From Octopus sinensis (lineage: Eukaryota), in NCBI RefSeq assembly GCF_006345805.1, contig NC_043019.1, forward strand, positions 2,542,001 through 2,606,000: a stretch of DNA of 64,000 bases, read 5' to 3'. Position numbers and translations under genes: made by a program. The notes beneath the pieces were generated by a model. The model made no database searches. It was not told the origin of the DNA and worked only from the letters and a program-made list of their open reading frames with translations. This document shows, piece by piece, positions 1-12,788 of this stretch (the stretch's first letter is position 1; each line of letters starts with the position of its first letter).

Positions 1-1930
1 TGGCAGCTGTTCTCAAGGCAGCCGGCTTCGGTCCAGTCTTCCGCGGGTGGATCGCTGCTTTATACAGCAACATCTACTCGGTGATACGGGTGAACGGTCA
101 CCTTTCAGAACCGTTCGACATCTCGCGTTCGGTCCGCCAAGGATGCCCTCTCTCCTCCTTCTTGTACATATTGACTCTCGAGCCATTACTGCGCAAGTTG
201 GAGGCTTTGAGGGGTATCCCGCGCGATCTAGGAGGTGGAAACAGCGTGTCTGCCTATGCCGACGACGTCACCGTGATGGTGTCGAGCCACAGGCACATTG
301 GCCTGATTAGCGAGACACTAAACGAGTACGAAGCGGTGACAGGGGCAAAGATTAACGTGGAAAAGTCTGTGGGCTTGCAACTGGGCACCTGGAGAGGCAA
401 GCCCATGCCGTCCAACAGCGTCGTAGGGCGCTGGACAGACGGACCCGTTAAACTGCTCGGGGTCTGGTTCGGTCCGGACCTCCAGGTGGATAAAAACTGG
501 GAAGAGGTGACAAGCAGGGTGGCACGTCTCACCCAGAAATGGGCCGAGAGGAAGCTGTCCCTGAAAGGTCGAGCGGAGGTGGCGAATGCGTACATCGCAT
601 CCGTCATCTATTACCGCTTGACCGTCGTCCCTTGTCCCAACCGCTGGTTGGCCAAGCTGGTACGCCTGATCTTCGACTTTTTGTGGAAGGGTCAGGTGCC
701 ACTGGTCAGGCGATCCATCTGCTGTCAACGACCGCTGAACGGAGGCCTTGGCATGCCGTGGTTACTGATGCGCAGACATGCGCTCAGGCTGCGACATCTC
801 AAGCGTTTCCTAGACGGTGATCGGGTGTGGTCGTCTTTTGTCAGACGCGACTTTCCGCAGCTCGTCTCTTTGACAGAGCTGCAGACCTGGATCAAACGTA
901 GACCGAGAAAGGGCGCTTGGCACCTCGAGTGCCGTCAAGCTCTCTCCGCCCTCCGCCAGGCGGGCAATGCGATCGGTTTCAGCTCCACTCTAGCGTTCTA
1001 TAGAGGGTTAGTGGAGGAAAAATGCGACGACGTTCTCGGGGAAACTCTAGGCGTTGACGATAATGAACTGAGCGGTCTATTCGGAAGGACTTTCGGGCCG
1101 GGGCCAATGGATAATTTCCAGAGGTCGCTCGCCTGGCAGTGCTACCGAGGGGCTCTGCCTGTTCGGGATAAACTCTACCGGCACGGAAGTGCCGTCAGCC
1201 GGGCCTGCCCGAGGTGTTGCCAGGACGACGAAACCGTTCTGCACGCACTCGTCTAGTGCCCAAGTATTGCTGAACTATGGGTTTATGTCGAACAGCTACT
1301 GTCACGTGTAGGACGGATCCGGCTATCAGCCGAATCCATAGTGAAGATTTCCCCGCCGACCTCCTTTAACAAGGAGGGCAAGGCCGTTTTCTTGTGCCTA
1401 GTGGCTGTGGCGAAAGAGGTTGTATGGTGGACCCGTTTGAAAGGGCTAAAGTCAGACACTTTTCTCTTTGGTCAAGGCCTCATCAACTTTTTCAAGTTTC
1501 ACTTGAAAAGGAAGATGAGGTTAGAGAGGAGAGTGCTGTCCGATAGCAAGTTTTCTGAAAGGTGGGTGAATTGTGCGAGAATGGCCAGTATAAATGGACC
1601 AGTTCTCAGGTTTCGCCTGTGATTCAAAAAGGTATTATAAAAGGAGAAAGGGGCTCTCTACCCCCCTTTTGACCAGGCTCCCGTTGGCTTTTATGGGTTT
1701 TTTTTCCACCAGGAACCTTTCGAAGCGCCTCCCCCTATTGGGAGTTTTCCCTTGTTACAATCTTTCGTTGTTAAACTGTTTTTACACGATTTTTTCACAA
1801 ACGGACAAAACCCTTTGTAACCTTTCGTCCTGTTTTGTCCCTTTATGTTTTCTAATCATGTGTGTCAGCCCTTGTGGCCAATAAAAAGAATAAATTATTA
1901 TTATTATTATTATTATCATTATTATTATTA
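1..1930 (+). mobile_element. Tx1/L1-clade non-LTR retrotransposon, 3' part: RT, C-terminal zinc knuckle, 3' UTR, AATAAA and (TTA)n tail
   Basis: One reading frame from about 3 to 1622 contains RT motifs QGCPLS and YADD, then CPRC..ETVLHALV*C with a single in-frame TAG at 1254-1256. AATAAA is at about 1880 and the (TTA)n tail at about 1894-1930. The segment is GC- and CpG-rich compared with its flanks. Confidence 0.92.
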
Positions 1931-1992
1931 GTCAGACTGACAGAATCGGTAGAACGTCTGACAAAACGCTGAGCGGCATTATTACCATGTAT

Positions 1993-2203
1993 GGTGGTGA
2001 GCTGGCAGAACTGTTACGGCACTGGAGAAAATGCTTAGCGGCGCTTCTTTTGTCTCTTTATGCTCTGAGTTCAAATTCCACTGAGGTCATCTTTGCCTTT
2101 CATCCTTTCGTGCTTGACATTGGGCGCGATGTAATCGAATAATCCCCTTCCCCAAAAAATTCAGACTGGGTGGCTATAGTGGAAAGGATTATTATTATTA
2201 TTA
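1993..2203 (+). mobile_element. SINE family B copy (core GACTTTGCCTTTCATCCTTTCGGGGTCGATAAA, (ATT)n tail)
   Basis: Head GGTGAGCTGGCAGAA, B-box-like GAGTTCAAATTCC, core motif and (ATT)n end. At least 10 related copies occur in the window. Confidence 0.75.
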
Positions 2204-2213
2204 TAAATACTAA

Positions 2214-2501
2214 GTTGTTGTTTGTTCCTTCTCAAGCCATTCCTGGCTCATAGGGCTGGTTTCCCGGTTCCCCACCTGGACCCGACGCCAGTCCGTAGCA
2301 GGTGAGCTGCAAGATGCAGGAGGAAAGAGTGAGAGAAAGTTGTGACGAAAGAGTCAGCAGAGGTTCGCCATTACCTTCTGCAAGAGCCGCGTGGAGCTTA
2401 GGTTTTTCACTCATAAACACACACATCGCCCGGTTTGAGGTTCGAACCCGTGATCCCTCGACCGCGAGTCCGCTGCTCTAACCACTAGGCCATGTGCCTC
2501 C
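2214..2501 (-). mobile_element. tRNA-Arg-derived SINE (family C, octopus OR-type by inference)
   Basis: The minus strand begins GGAGGCACATGGCCTAGTGGTTAGAGCAGCGGACTCGCGGTCGAGGGATCACGGGTTCGAA, with A box, TCG anticodon-like loop and B box, and ends in (CAA)n. A paralogue lies at 31034. Confidence 0.8.
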
Positions 2502-2627
2502 ATAAATATTAAGAGGAACAGTTAAATTGCCGCACAAAAATGCCTTGTGCTATTTTGTGACGACTCTTTACGTTATATTCTAAGTTCAAATCTCACCGAG
2601 GTTGACTTTTCTACTTCGACCTTCAGC

Positions 2628-2852
2628 GGGGCGATCTGGCAAGAATCGTTAGCACGCCAGGCAAACAGCTTAGCAGTATTCCTTCCATCTTTACGTTTTG
2701 CGTTCAAATGCCGTCGAGGGCGACTTTTCCTTTTATCCTTTCGCGATCGATAAAATAAGTACCAGTGGACCACTGGGGTCGATGATGTCGACAAACCCGT
2801 CTCCAAAAATTTTCAGGTCTAATGCCAATAGTGGAACGGGTAAAATAAATAA
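2628..2852 (+). mobile_element. SINE family B copy
   Basis: GGCGATCTGGCAAGAATCGTTAGCACGCC...CGACTTTTCCTTTTATCCTTTCGCGATCGATAAAATAAGTACCAG. Confidence 0.75.
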
Positions 2853-3759
2853 AGTACTATTAAATTACTGAAGATGTTTTAATTTACAACATCCCCCTCC
2901 CCACTATGCAAATACTTGCGTCGTGCCTAAGCAAGAAATTTTTATCAAATTCATTTTTGCTATCGTCATCAGAAATTTCGCCCCATCGTCATCAGTATGT
3001 AAGAATTATTATCATAGCAAACATTCAAGTTGAAGAACGTCTCCAGGTGACCCTGTAGACGAAACATCTGTAGAATTTTCGTTCAAAGAATTCTCAGGAA
3101 GGCAGTGGATAAGTGTCGCCATCCTTGGCATCATTAGACGGCTTTGAACTAACATCTGTATAGACATCGCCAGATGTCAGATCTCGGTGCAAAAGACAAG
3201 CTAGATCATAAACAAATGCAGGTGGCACCTCAAAGATTCAGAGAAGCAAAAGAAAATAAGGTTGTAAATTGATACCATGTGTGTATGTTATTGGGTGCAT
3301 GCATGTTTATATGTATGTGTATGTACAAATACGTACCTGTATAATACACACACACAGATCGAGAGCAAGAGACAGACAGATAGGAGTCATTAGAATCCAG
3401 GCGCATCAACACGTAGGACACCAGAACTGGCTAAGTAGCATAACATAGACTTCACAGTGAGGTAAAACAATCATGTATTGATAGAATACTGCAGTTATGT
3501 AGAAGTGTTAGTACGAAATCCAATTTAAACCGTTGGTCCGTCTCAGGATGGGTCCTAAGTGCGGTGGCGTAGGTATAAAAAGAACGCAGAAGGAGTTTTA
3601 TATTTACTACAGTTGTTTCGGTAGAATTTTATTGATGTATTCATAGATTTATTTAGAGTTGCTAAAACTAGGAAGATACCGTGTCGGTTAAATGAGGTAA
3701 AGGAAGCGGAGCTTGAGGCAGGAGAAAGACATAAAAGTGCCATCATCGTATCACACTCG

Positions 3760-3788
3760 TACACACACACACACATACACACACACAC

Positions 3789-3848
<60 letters not shown>
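3760..3848. repeat. (CA)n microsatellite
   Basis: Directly visible. Confidence 0.95.
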
Positions 3849-3852
<4 letters not shown>

Positions 3853-3934
3853 GCACCCGTTTACACTTATACGTAAGTGTGTATACGTGTATATGTGTGA
3901 GTGAACGCACAAGCATGCGCGTGTAAACATGTGC

Positions 3935-4295
3935 TTACGTGTGTTTGGTGAGGAAATGACCAGTGAGTGGTCAGCTGGAAAATGTTTTAAACAATTTCGC
4001 AGTGGCGATCTGAGCCTTGAAGATCGTGAGCGTAGTGATCGCCTATCTGTCATCGATGACGGTCAAATGAAGACCGTCATTGAGAAAGATCTACGTAAAA
4101 CCACTCGAAAACTGGCAAAAGAACTTGAAATTAGCCAGAAAACTACCTGCAACCATTTGCATGCAATCGGAAAATCAAAAATATTCGACGATTTGAATGA
4201 AAATCAGAAAAAGCGCTTCTTCTCCGTAACCAGACCGATCCATTTCTAGATTGTATTGTAACCTGCAATGCAAAGTGGATACTTTACAATAATAA
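3935..4295 (+). pseudogene. mariner transposase remnant (HTH region and start of catalytic domain)
   Basis: FRSGDLSLEDRERSDR..TTRKLAKELEISQKT..HLHAIGK, then after a frameshift FLDCIVTCNAKWILYNN, a decayed form of the mariner VTGDEKW motif. Confidence 0.85.
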
Positions 4296-4307
4296 AAGTG
4301 ATAAAGT

Positions 4308-4343
4308 CTTTTACGTTTCGAGCCTACGCTCTTTAACAGAAAG
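4308..4343 (-). ncRNA. Degenerate minimal type-I hammerhead ribozyme motif (Penelope-type)
   Basis: Minus strand reads CTTT-CTGTTAA-A-GAGC gtag GCTC-GAAACGT-A-AAAG. Stems I and II, GAAA and the GUA site are intact, but the CUGANGA box is mutated. Confidence 0.55.
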
Positions 4344-4412
4344 GAATATGAGGAAATAAACAGAGAGATAATTTTTTAAAACTTGTGGATTTAGCGATTA
4401 ATCATGGTGACT

Positions 4413-4454
<42 letters not shown>

Positions 4455-6560
4455 TTGAAAACAACTTGCACATGCAAGTGCTACCAGTTGAGAGCTCCGT
4501 ATACCGGAAGCCAGCAAGTGTATGGGGTTATCAGGAGAGAATGCGCGCCGTTTCGGTGCCTACCTCTCGACGGCATCAATGCGCACCCGCCCCCAAAACT
4601 GATATCAAGCCCCGCTTGCTAGATCAACTGGTTATCAATATTCTTCTAGCCATCGATCAACGGTCATGGTGGTATTTACTTTACGGTGAGTTTGGCTTAA
4701 CGTTAACAACAGTCGTCTCGCACTGTGTCCAACAAACCCTCTACATCCGACTTCGATTGGAAAATGCTCCGCTATCCAGCCTGCGTCTTCACATTCCTCG
4801 AAGAGGTTTACATAACGGTCAATCTTTCGAGCCCGAGCGGCGTCCATGCTATCTTCATGAAAAACCGTTAACTCGACTAGATTCACAACTCTCTTTCCTT
4901 CACACCACATTAAAATGTCCGGTTGTTTCGTTATTGGGGTGGGAAAGAGTCCCTGGCACCCTGGTAAATCTGCAGTCACATCCCAGTAGCCGTTCCACTT
5001 TTCATCGCTCACATGAAATTTGTTGTTCTTGAAATGGATCCGCTGTCTTGAGCGCACGAAGGTAATGAAATCTCTAGATGTTACTTTCAACGGTTTTTTT
5101 CACTGTTGTTGCGATCAGTTTGGTTCTTTATAACATTATAGATAACCTTAAGGACCAGGTTGTGTCTCCATGTATACCTATTCAATGATAGTGAACACTT
5201 GGAAAGAATATGTTTCAGTGTTCCGACCTTTCCGCATTTACATAGATCATTCTCTGAGACGTTACATCTAACTAGATCTGCAGGTGATGGCAAGACATCA
5301 AAGGATGAATGAATCAAAAAACTTAGCCGAGATGTGGCCCACCTCCATATCTCATCCCAACTTATTTTTCTCTCAGCAATATGTTCTTACCATCTCGTTA
5401 TCTGACCTTATTTCAAATGAAGCTCTCTTCTCTCTGCTTCCCTCGTTTTGATACTGTTACTAACAACAGACCGGCGTTCGCTCCACTTCATACTTGCAAA
5501 CGCTCTGAACCGATCTGTACCAAAACCAAGTCTCTTCCGATGAATTTGCGTTGCACCCACCACATCTCGATGTGTAAGAAAGACAGGATGTCATCAGTCT
5601 CTGATTCTGCTTTCCACTTCCTGGCTGTTTTCACATCTGCTGGATTACGCCTGATTTCCCATGCTTTTCAACTCTCTCAGAATCATCACCATTCGTACCT
5701 TCCCCAATTCATAAATTTCGACTATTGACGCCAGTGGTAAAAAGAGCTAAACTGTTCAATATCCGAGGTAGGCCTAGCCACTTTCCAATGAACACACTAC
5801 ATTTTTGTTCAATGATTAGAACTCGTGACAATGCTACTTCGTCTATTAAAAGTGGCCACGAAAGTCACGGATACAAGCCGAACTATAAGCACCAAATTTT
5901 ATATTTATCTGATAACTTTGAGTAATCAATCGCTGATAATCCAATCTCGGCTTGTTTCATATTTTCCATTCCGCTACTCCTATCTGACAATGTGCCAGCA
6001 TATACTCGCCCTAAGCTCTTGACAGGCTCTTCTTTGACAGTTGGAATGCTTGCTTCAGCTATTCGAAACTTAACTTTTTTATGCACTCCCTTAACAAATG
6101 ACAGACTACGCGACTGTTTTGCTCTAAACCGCATCCTTGACCACCTCACAAGCTCGGCTAATCTCAAGAGGGCACCCTGCATGATTTGCTTGTCTGTTGA
6201 TAGAAGTGTCACGTCATCCATGACGGCTTTCTTAAGCGATTGTACATGGGCGATTTGTTCCGAAAAATCCACGGCTTTCAAAATCATCTCTAGGACAAAG
6301 ATAAACCATGTGACAGGTATTGTGCAGCCAGCAGCAATGCCAAACTGTTGCAAAATCTCCAGCTGTAAACCTCATCTCGAAACTCATAATATACCCTCAT
6401 TAATTTGGTTACTTTATCTGGAATGTGGAAGTGGTCCATGGCTCTCATCAGTAATTCATGTGGCACTGAGCCATATGCATTAGACTTCTCTTGTTCTGTT
6501 TGGCATCCTGGATCGCTTTCCAAATCGGAAAACAGTGTTCAACGCATCCAGGGATCCCAA
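4455..6560 (-). mobile_element. Degraded restriction-like-endonuclease non-LTR retrotransposon, Hero/NeSL-like
   Basis: Frameshifted ORFs in order: RT (AYGSVPH; AVMDDVTLL), zinc knuckle (CKCGKVGTLKHILSKC..YTWRHN) and PD-(D/E)xK RLE (QPDIL..LVELTV..ARKIDRY..IEVGCRGFVG). Confidence 0.85.
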
Positions 6561-6599
6561 AGATTCCGGCCTTTTGGACAGATTTATATATATATTGGT

Positions 6600-6800
6600 T
6601 ATTTTAGCGTACGGTGTACTGCAGTATCTGAAGTTTGTGTTGTGCAATGACCTGCTCTGAATTAGGGTTAGGATTAGGATTTAGGGTTAAGGCTAGAGGT
6701 TATGGTTAAGCATTAGGGACCGTATTAAAGCTAGGGTTTAGGCGTCAGACTGCATGCTAAAGTGTAAATGGCCGACGAAACCGCACTCTAAAGTGGCAAC
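6600..6800. repeat. Short interspersed element with TTAGGG-like core; paralogue at about 10612-10745
   Basis: Both copies share AGACTGCATGCTAAA.TGTAAATGGCC..AAACCGCAC.CTAAAGT. The 10.6 kb copy has an internal inverted repeat TTTAGTATGCAGTCTA / TAGACTGCATGCTAAA. Confidence 0.6.
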
Positions 6801-7317
6801 GTTTTTTGGGGTTTTTTTCTAATTAGTTTATAAAAGTTTTTAAAACAAGTCAAGTGATGCAGAGAGGCTTACTTGATGGCACGCCCTTTAATTGTTAAAT
6901 CCTGTCACACTTGACCAATAACTGTGAAATACTTGCTAATAATGAACTTCTCTGAGGCGGCGAGCTGGCAGAATCATTAGCATGCCGGACAAAACGTTGA
7001 ATTCAAATTCCGCCAGGTTTTGCCTTTTATCCTTTCTGGATCGATTAAAATAAGTACCAGATGAACAGAGGGGTTCGATCTCAAAGACTTAACCCTTCCC
7101 CCGAAATTACTGGCCTTGTGCTAAAATTTGAAACCAGTATTGAAATTCTCTTCCTTTGACCTAAACACAGATGTTTCCAATTCTGTGACGATGGCATTAT
7201 TTTGTATTTAAATATTATTCATAACCATATCATGTTGAGAACACCGGATCTCCATTTAGAAACCAGGTTACATAGAAACATACATACATAGACACGCGAA
7301 CATATATACACGCGTAA

Positions 7318-7375
<58 letters not shown>

Positions 7376-7808
7376 TTTTATATCGGGTTATGATAAAAAC
7401 GATTTTACATAAAACTGAAGGATTACTCCATATGTTTTGTTGACAGTTTCATGAAGACTAAGCATGCTGAAATTTCGAAGTTACTATTAACACTATTCAT
7501 GTTAAAGAATAATCTGTGTGTGTGTGTGTGCGTGTGTTCGACCATTTGAATGATCTATTCATTGAAATAGCGGCTGAGTATTCCATGGTCATGTGTACCT
7601 TTAGTGTAATTTTCAAGTAGGATTAGCCCGATTCACTGTGACAAGGCTTCATATATATATTTTTTAATTACAGTTCAACCAAGGGCTTCTTCACGGTTTC
7701 CATCTGACAAATTTCTCGTGACAATTGCCCAAGTTGCCATCCAGTAAGATTGAACTCAGAAACTCATGACTGCGATGAATACCTTTTAGCCATTGTGCCA
7801 TACCGGCG

Positions 7809-7852
<44 letters not shown>

Positions 7853-7985
7853 CTTCTTCATATATACTGTACATATCTCAGTACTAACTGAGAGATCGTG
7901 GGTTCATATACTTCCATCGTGAATACGTTGTGCTCGGAACCCAGTTCACTCTTTCAGGAAATGTCAACATAGGAAATATCCTGCG

Positions 7986-8372
7986 TAGGAGTGGCTGTGT
8001 GGTAAGTAACTTGCTTACCAACCACTTGGTTCCGGGTTCAGTCCCACTGCGTGGCACCTTGGGCAAGTGTCTTCTGCTATAGCCTCGGGCCGACCAAAGC
8101 CTTGTGAGTGGATTTGGTAGACGGAAACTGAAAGAAGCCCGTCGTATATATGTATATATATGTGTGTGTGTGTGTGTATATGTTTGTGTGTCTGTTTGTC
8201 TCCCCCAACATCGCTTGACAACCGATGCTGGTGTGTTTACGTCCCCGTAACTTAGCAGTTCGGCAAAAGAGACCGATTAAATAAGTACTAGGCTTACAAA
8301 GAATAAGTCCTGGGGTCGATTTGCTCGACTAAAGGCGGTGCTCCAGCATGGCCACAGTCAAATAAAAGAGTA
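7986..8372 (+). mobile_element. SINE family A, full length (tRNA-like head, CORE-like CCTTGGGCAAGTG, internal (TA)(TG) microsatellite)
   Basis: GGAGTGGCTGTGTGG A box, GGTTCAGTCC B box, tail GGCGGTGCTCCAGCATGGCC; near-identical to 49384-49795. Confidence 0.85.
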
Positions 8373-8696
8373 AAATAGTATAAGAATATTGAGAATTTCA
8401 GTAGCCTGCAGGGCTTAGTTCGATTCTCCTTAGAAGAACAAGGGTTCCATTACGGGCTGACTTTCTCTTGATATGAAATACGAATGTGTTACAATGACAT
8501 TTAGGACTTAGTATTTCATCAGACTTTTATCCATGTGTAAAAATCTGCACATATAGCAAAGTATATACACACACACAAGCATACATTTGCTTGCATACAT
8601 ACACTTATACACACAAACATATGTGTGATGTGTGTATATGCATGTATGCAGGGAAATGCGTTTGTAAACGGACACAAACGAGCATAAGTAATTGAG

Positions 8697-8895
8697 AGGG
8701 TGAGCTAGCAGAATCATTAGCAAAATGCATAGCGGCTTTTCATCTGTCTTCGTGTTTTGAGTTCAAATTCCACCGAGGTTGACTTGCGCTTCATCCTTTC
8801 GGAGTCGATGAAATAAGCACCAATTGATCACTGGAGTCGATGTAATCGACTTATCCCCTCCCTCGAAATTGCTGGCCATATGTCAAAATTTAGAT
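8697..8895 (+). mobile_element. SINE family B copy
   Basis: GGTGAGCTAGCAGAATCATTAGC..GAGTTCAAATTCC..TTCATCCTTTCGGAGTCGAT. Confidence 0.75.
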
Positions 8896-11182
8896 AAATG
8901 AGATTCCAAGTTCAGTCCGATCACGAGTTGACGCGAGTTTTCCGAGAGAAATTGAGTAGATGGAAGCCGTAAAAGCTTGTCAGGTCGATTGTATTTGTAA
9001 TCCAAAAGGCCAGTCTTGATACACACTCCTGGAAGTTACCTTAAGAGTACATGCGACTGTGAAATATTCAGCCACTTAGTCCATAACTGAATGAGTTAGC
9101 AGTTCAGTTAACCGAAGAGACGGAACATTCACTGTCGAAACTGACGTGTATGGATTTTATTTTTTACTTGGTTCAGTCATTGAAGTGCAGCCATACAGGG
9201 GCACCACCTTGAAGAGTTTAGTCAAACAATTCGACTCCAGGACTTATTTTTTAAAAAAAAGTTTGATGCTTATTCTATTTTTTCCTTAGCCGAGCCGCTA
9301 AATTAGGAGGTCGTACACAAACCAAGCAGCATTTAGAAATACAAAGACAAGGACGTACGCATGTGTGTGTGGGTATGTGCGCGACGGGCCTCCATGTAGT
9401 TTCTGTCTACCAAATTCACTGATTTCTTTATTACCCATAAGGGGCTAAACATAGATGGGACAATACACACATGCGGGGGACAATGAGCACATGAAAGAAT
9501 GGAACAGCGAAATTATACAATGAAGATGGAACGGCCATCCCAGCCCCGCTCCGGGGTGGTTACAAATTCACTGTCAAGATTATTAGTCGACCGATAATAG
9601 AAGATACTTGCCGAAGGTACCGCGCTGTGGGAGTGAACCACAAACCACGTGACTGAAAAGCGAGCTTTTTAACCACACAGCCAGAGAAAACTCGTTTACT
9701 CGCACATACATGAGAACACACGCGTTCACTCACACTCACTCTCACACACACATGCATACGTACATACAAAAAGAATATACGTATATGTATTGATGTATGT
9801 ACGTATACATGACAACACACTCTTCACACACACACACTCTCTCTCGCTTTCTCTCTCTTTCACACACACGTCCATTTCATATACACGTATATACATACAT
9901 CTTTCACTTTCCCTCTTCCACTTTAAAACAAAGGTAAAAAGTTTTTTTACGGAAGTTAAGGACTTGAAAATAATTTTTTAAAAACATTAAAATGTTATCT
10001 GTTTAAAGAAAGCTAAAATATAATTACTTACTGTACAAACAACTTACATTTTTAAAATCACATTCAGTTAATATTTCTAAATGATTAAAATATTGTGTAC
10101 GTCAAAATGTCAACGTTTTTTTTTCTTTTTTTCTTAGGAGTACGAAGACTGTGTGTATATGTCACAGACAGCGGACGTGCGTTTGTGTTGATTGACACGC
10201 CATGACATTCATTATATGTGTGTGTATTCTGTATGTGTGTATGCGTGTTGTCACGGAAGCATGTTTTTTTTTGTCAAGAATTAACAAACAAAAAAATTGT
10301 TTACTCGTTTTCATTAATAAATAGAGGTCCAAATGTCCCAAAAATTTGTAGTGCACTGCCGAAGGTATGTATGAAAATAAATATGCAAAAAAAAACATAA
10401 AATATACTGTTTCTGAGATATTTTGGGTACAAACAAACATTTTAGTATTAATGTTTTAGTATTAAGATTAATCTAGAGTTTTAGTATTAAGATTAATCAG
10501 TAATTATTGATATGATAGAAATGATGACACGCTGGACTTAATTAGTTAAAGGTATTTAGTTTCATCTGCCTACACTCTCGGTTCAGGTTCTGTAATGAAG
10601 AATAATGGATTCTACTTTAGTATGCAGTCTACCGCAGTATCTGTAGTCTACGCTGTGAAATGTGGACCTGATCTGGGTGAAGAATAGGGTTAGACTGCAT
10701 GCTAAATTGTAAATGGCCAGGCAAACCGCACACTAAAGTAGCACCAAAAAATGTCCTTGTAATTTACACAAACGGGACTCATGGAAATTTCCAAATTATA
10801 CTGTCCTAATATCTGTTTTAGTGCATGAAATTATTGTCATAACGTTGTTTCAATTTCGTTCTATACGTTGACGTTGCTGAAAATGTATTACTCGAACTTA
10901 TTTCATTTTGTTAAAAATTTCGATTGTCTTGGATTTTATTCCATAGTTTAATTTGCTTCAAAACGTAACAATCGAACTTAATTTCGATTATGTCTTGAAT
11001 TTCGTTCCACAGCGAGCTTGTTTAAAACATAAAGCTCTTTTCATTACGTTAATCTTTTCGGATAATCTTTCAGTTTAGGGTGTTTAAAAAAGTAACTAAA
11101 ACTGAAAGGGGAAATAACAAGGGGTCAATAAAATAAATAAGCAGTTGGACCCTGGATCGATGTAAATTACTTCCTTCTCTCC

Positions 11183-11308
11183 GCCGCGGTCGACTTTGCC
11201 TTTCATCCTTTCGGGGTCGATAAATTAAGTACCAGTTACGTACTGGGTCGATGTAATCGACTGGCCTCCTCCACCAAAATTGCAGGCCTTGTGCCTAGAG
11301 TAGAAAAG
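11183..11308 (+). mobile_element. 5'-truncated SINE B inserted into another SINE B, with 18-bp TSD
   Basis: AATTACTTCCTTCTCTCC at 11165-11182 and 11309-11326. Confidence 0.85.
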
Positions 11309-12788
11309 AATTACTTCCTTCTCTCCTCAAAATTGTTGGCTAGTGCCAAAATTAGAAAGAAATGTTAAGCCCTTTTGGTTGTCTTCGTTTTTATTACATT
11401 GTGAGGTATAACATTTGATCGCATTTCGCGACAAGAATAATAATATTGCTTTGAAATTTTAGCGCAAAGCCATCAATATAGGGGAATAGGGTAAGTTGAT
11501 TATATCGACTCCAGTGCTCAACTGGTACTTATTTTATCGACTCCGAAAAGATAAAAGGCAAGGTCGACCACGGCGGAAGAAATATACCAATATTAATAAT
11601 CAAACACTATAGAAAAATCTAAGTTTGTCACGATTCGTGTCAGCGTCTCTGTTTCGATCTCTTATCAAAGTGATTTGATTATAACGTAGGTCTTTTCGTT
11701 TATGCATTTCGAAATACGTCATAGTGCGCGTTTCCTATTTACTAAAATTCTGAAGCTTACATAATCAGCAATTATATTAGTTCAGTAGAAAGAAAGAAAA
11801 TCCCATATTTTCAAGAAAAGGGAGACTTTCCTCGAACAAAAACAAAAGAAAAATAAAAAGAAAAAAAGTTGTAACATATCTATTAACAGCTGTTATAGCA
11901 AACATTATGATATTTTTGCTGATACTAGCAAAATATTTGCTTTGGTCGTCACCATGCAGGCGCCATTAGCTTTGAAAGAGTTTTGTGTCAGCAGATCTGT
12001 GAACATTTTCTTCGTGGGACCTGGTAGTTCTCCTCCCTTTGCAATTTAATGACTGACATACGTTTTTAGCGAACAGCTATGATCACCGTGTAACCAGACT
12101 AGTGACAGCATTGTATGTGCGTGATGTTATATTATATTTTACACACACACACACATATAACAGGTGTTGTGTGTGTGTGTGTGTATATACACACACTCAT
12201 TTATACATATATAAAGCTCTATACATAAACGCAGCTATTGCAACATCTATTGCTTTTTGTGACTTGAATTAGTGGAAGACACTTTCAATGCCCTAAAACT
12301 TCTCAAAATTAAAACGAATTACAATATATGTATATATATACGTGGATACATATATTTATATGTATTTATATACTTTTTTTAATTAAATATTAACATAACA
12401 GAAATGGTTTTGTTTTTGTCGTTGTTTTTTTTTTTTACTTTTTGTTACGTTTATCCTTTTTTTACTTCGAACCAGGCCATAATTTGTTGGAAAAGGAGTG
12501 CAGTTACATGAGACGACCTACGTGTATTACTGGTACTTTTTCGAGTCAAAAAGAAGTCTGTACATAGTCACTCGACCTGTAAGATCCAAATCTCTCAAAC
12601 CATGTTTTAGCGCATCGTAAATAAAAACACATTGTATAATACAGTACAAAATACATAAGAAGATGGGGTGGTTTCGGTCGGGATGCCCTTGATCATAACT
12701 GTATCAACCACTTGATCAACCACTAAGGAAATAGTTCAGTCGGTCCAACAATTGACTACTCGTCATCGAAATCAACTTACAATATTTA

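Noticed and set aside
1254-1256. UAG-to-UGG recoding by A-to-I editing that restores the Tx1 ORF
   Set aside because: No sequence support. The position more plausibly held Gln or Glu, and a simple nonsense mutation explains it.
2430-2501. tRNA-Arg gene
   Set aside because: The cloverleaf is incomplete and continues into a SINE body; it is a tRNA-derived SINE head, as is 31034.
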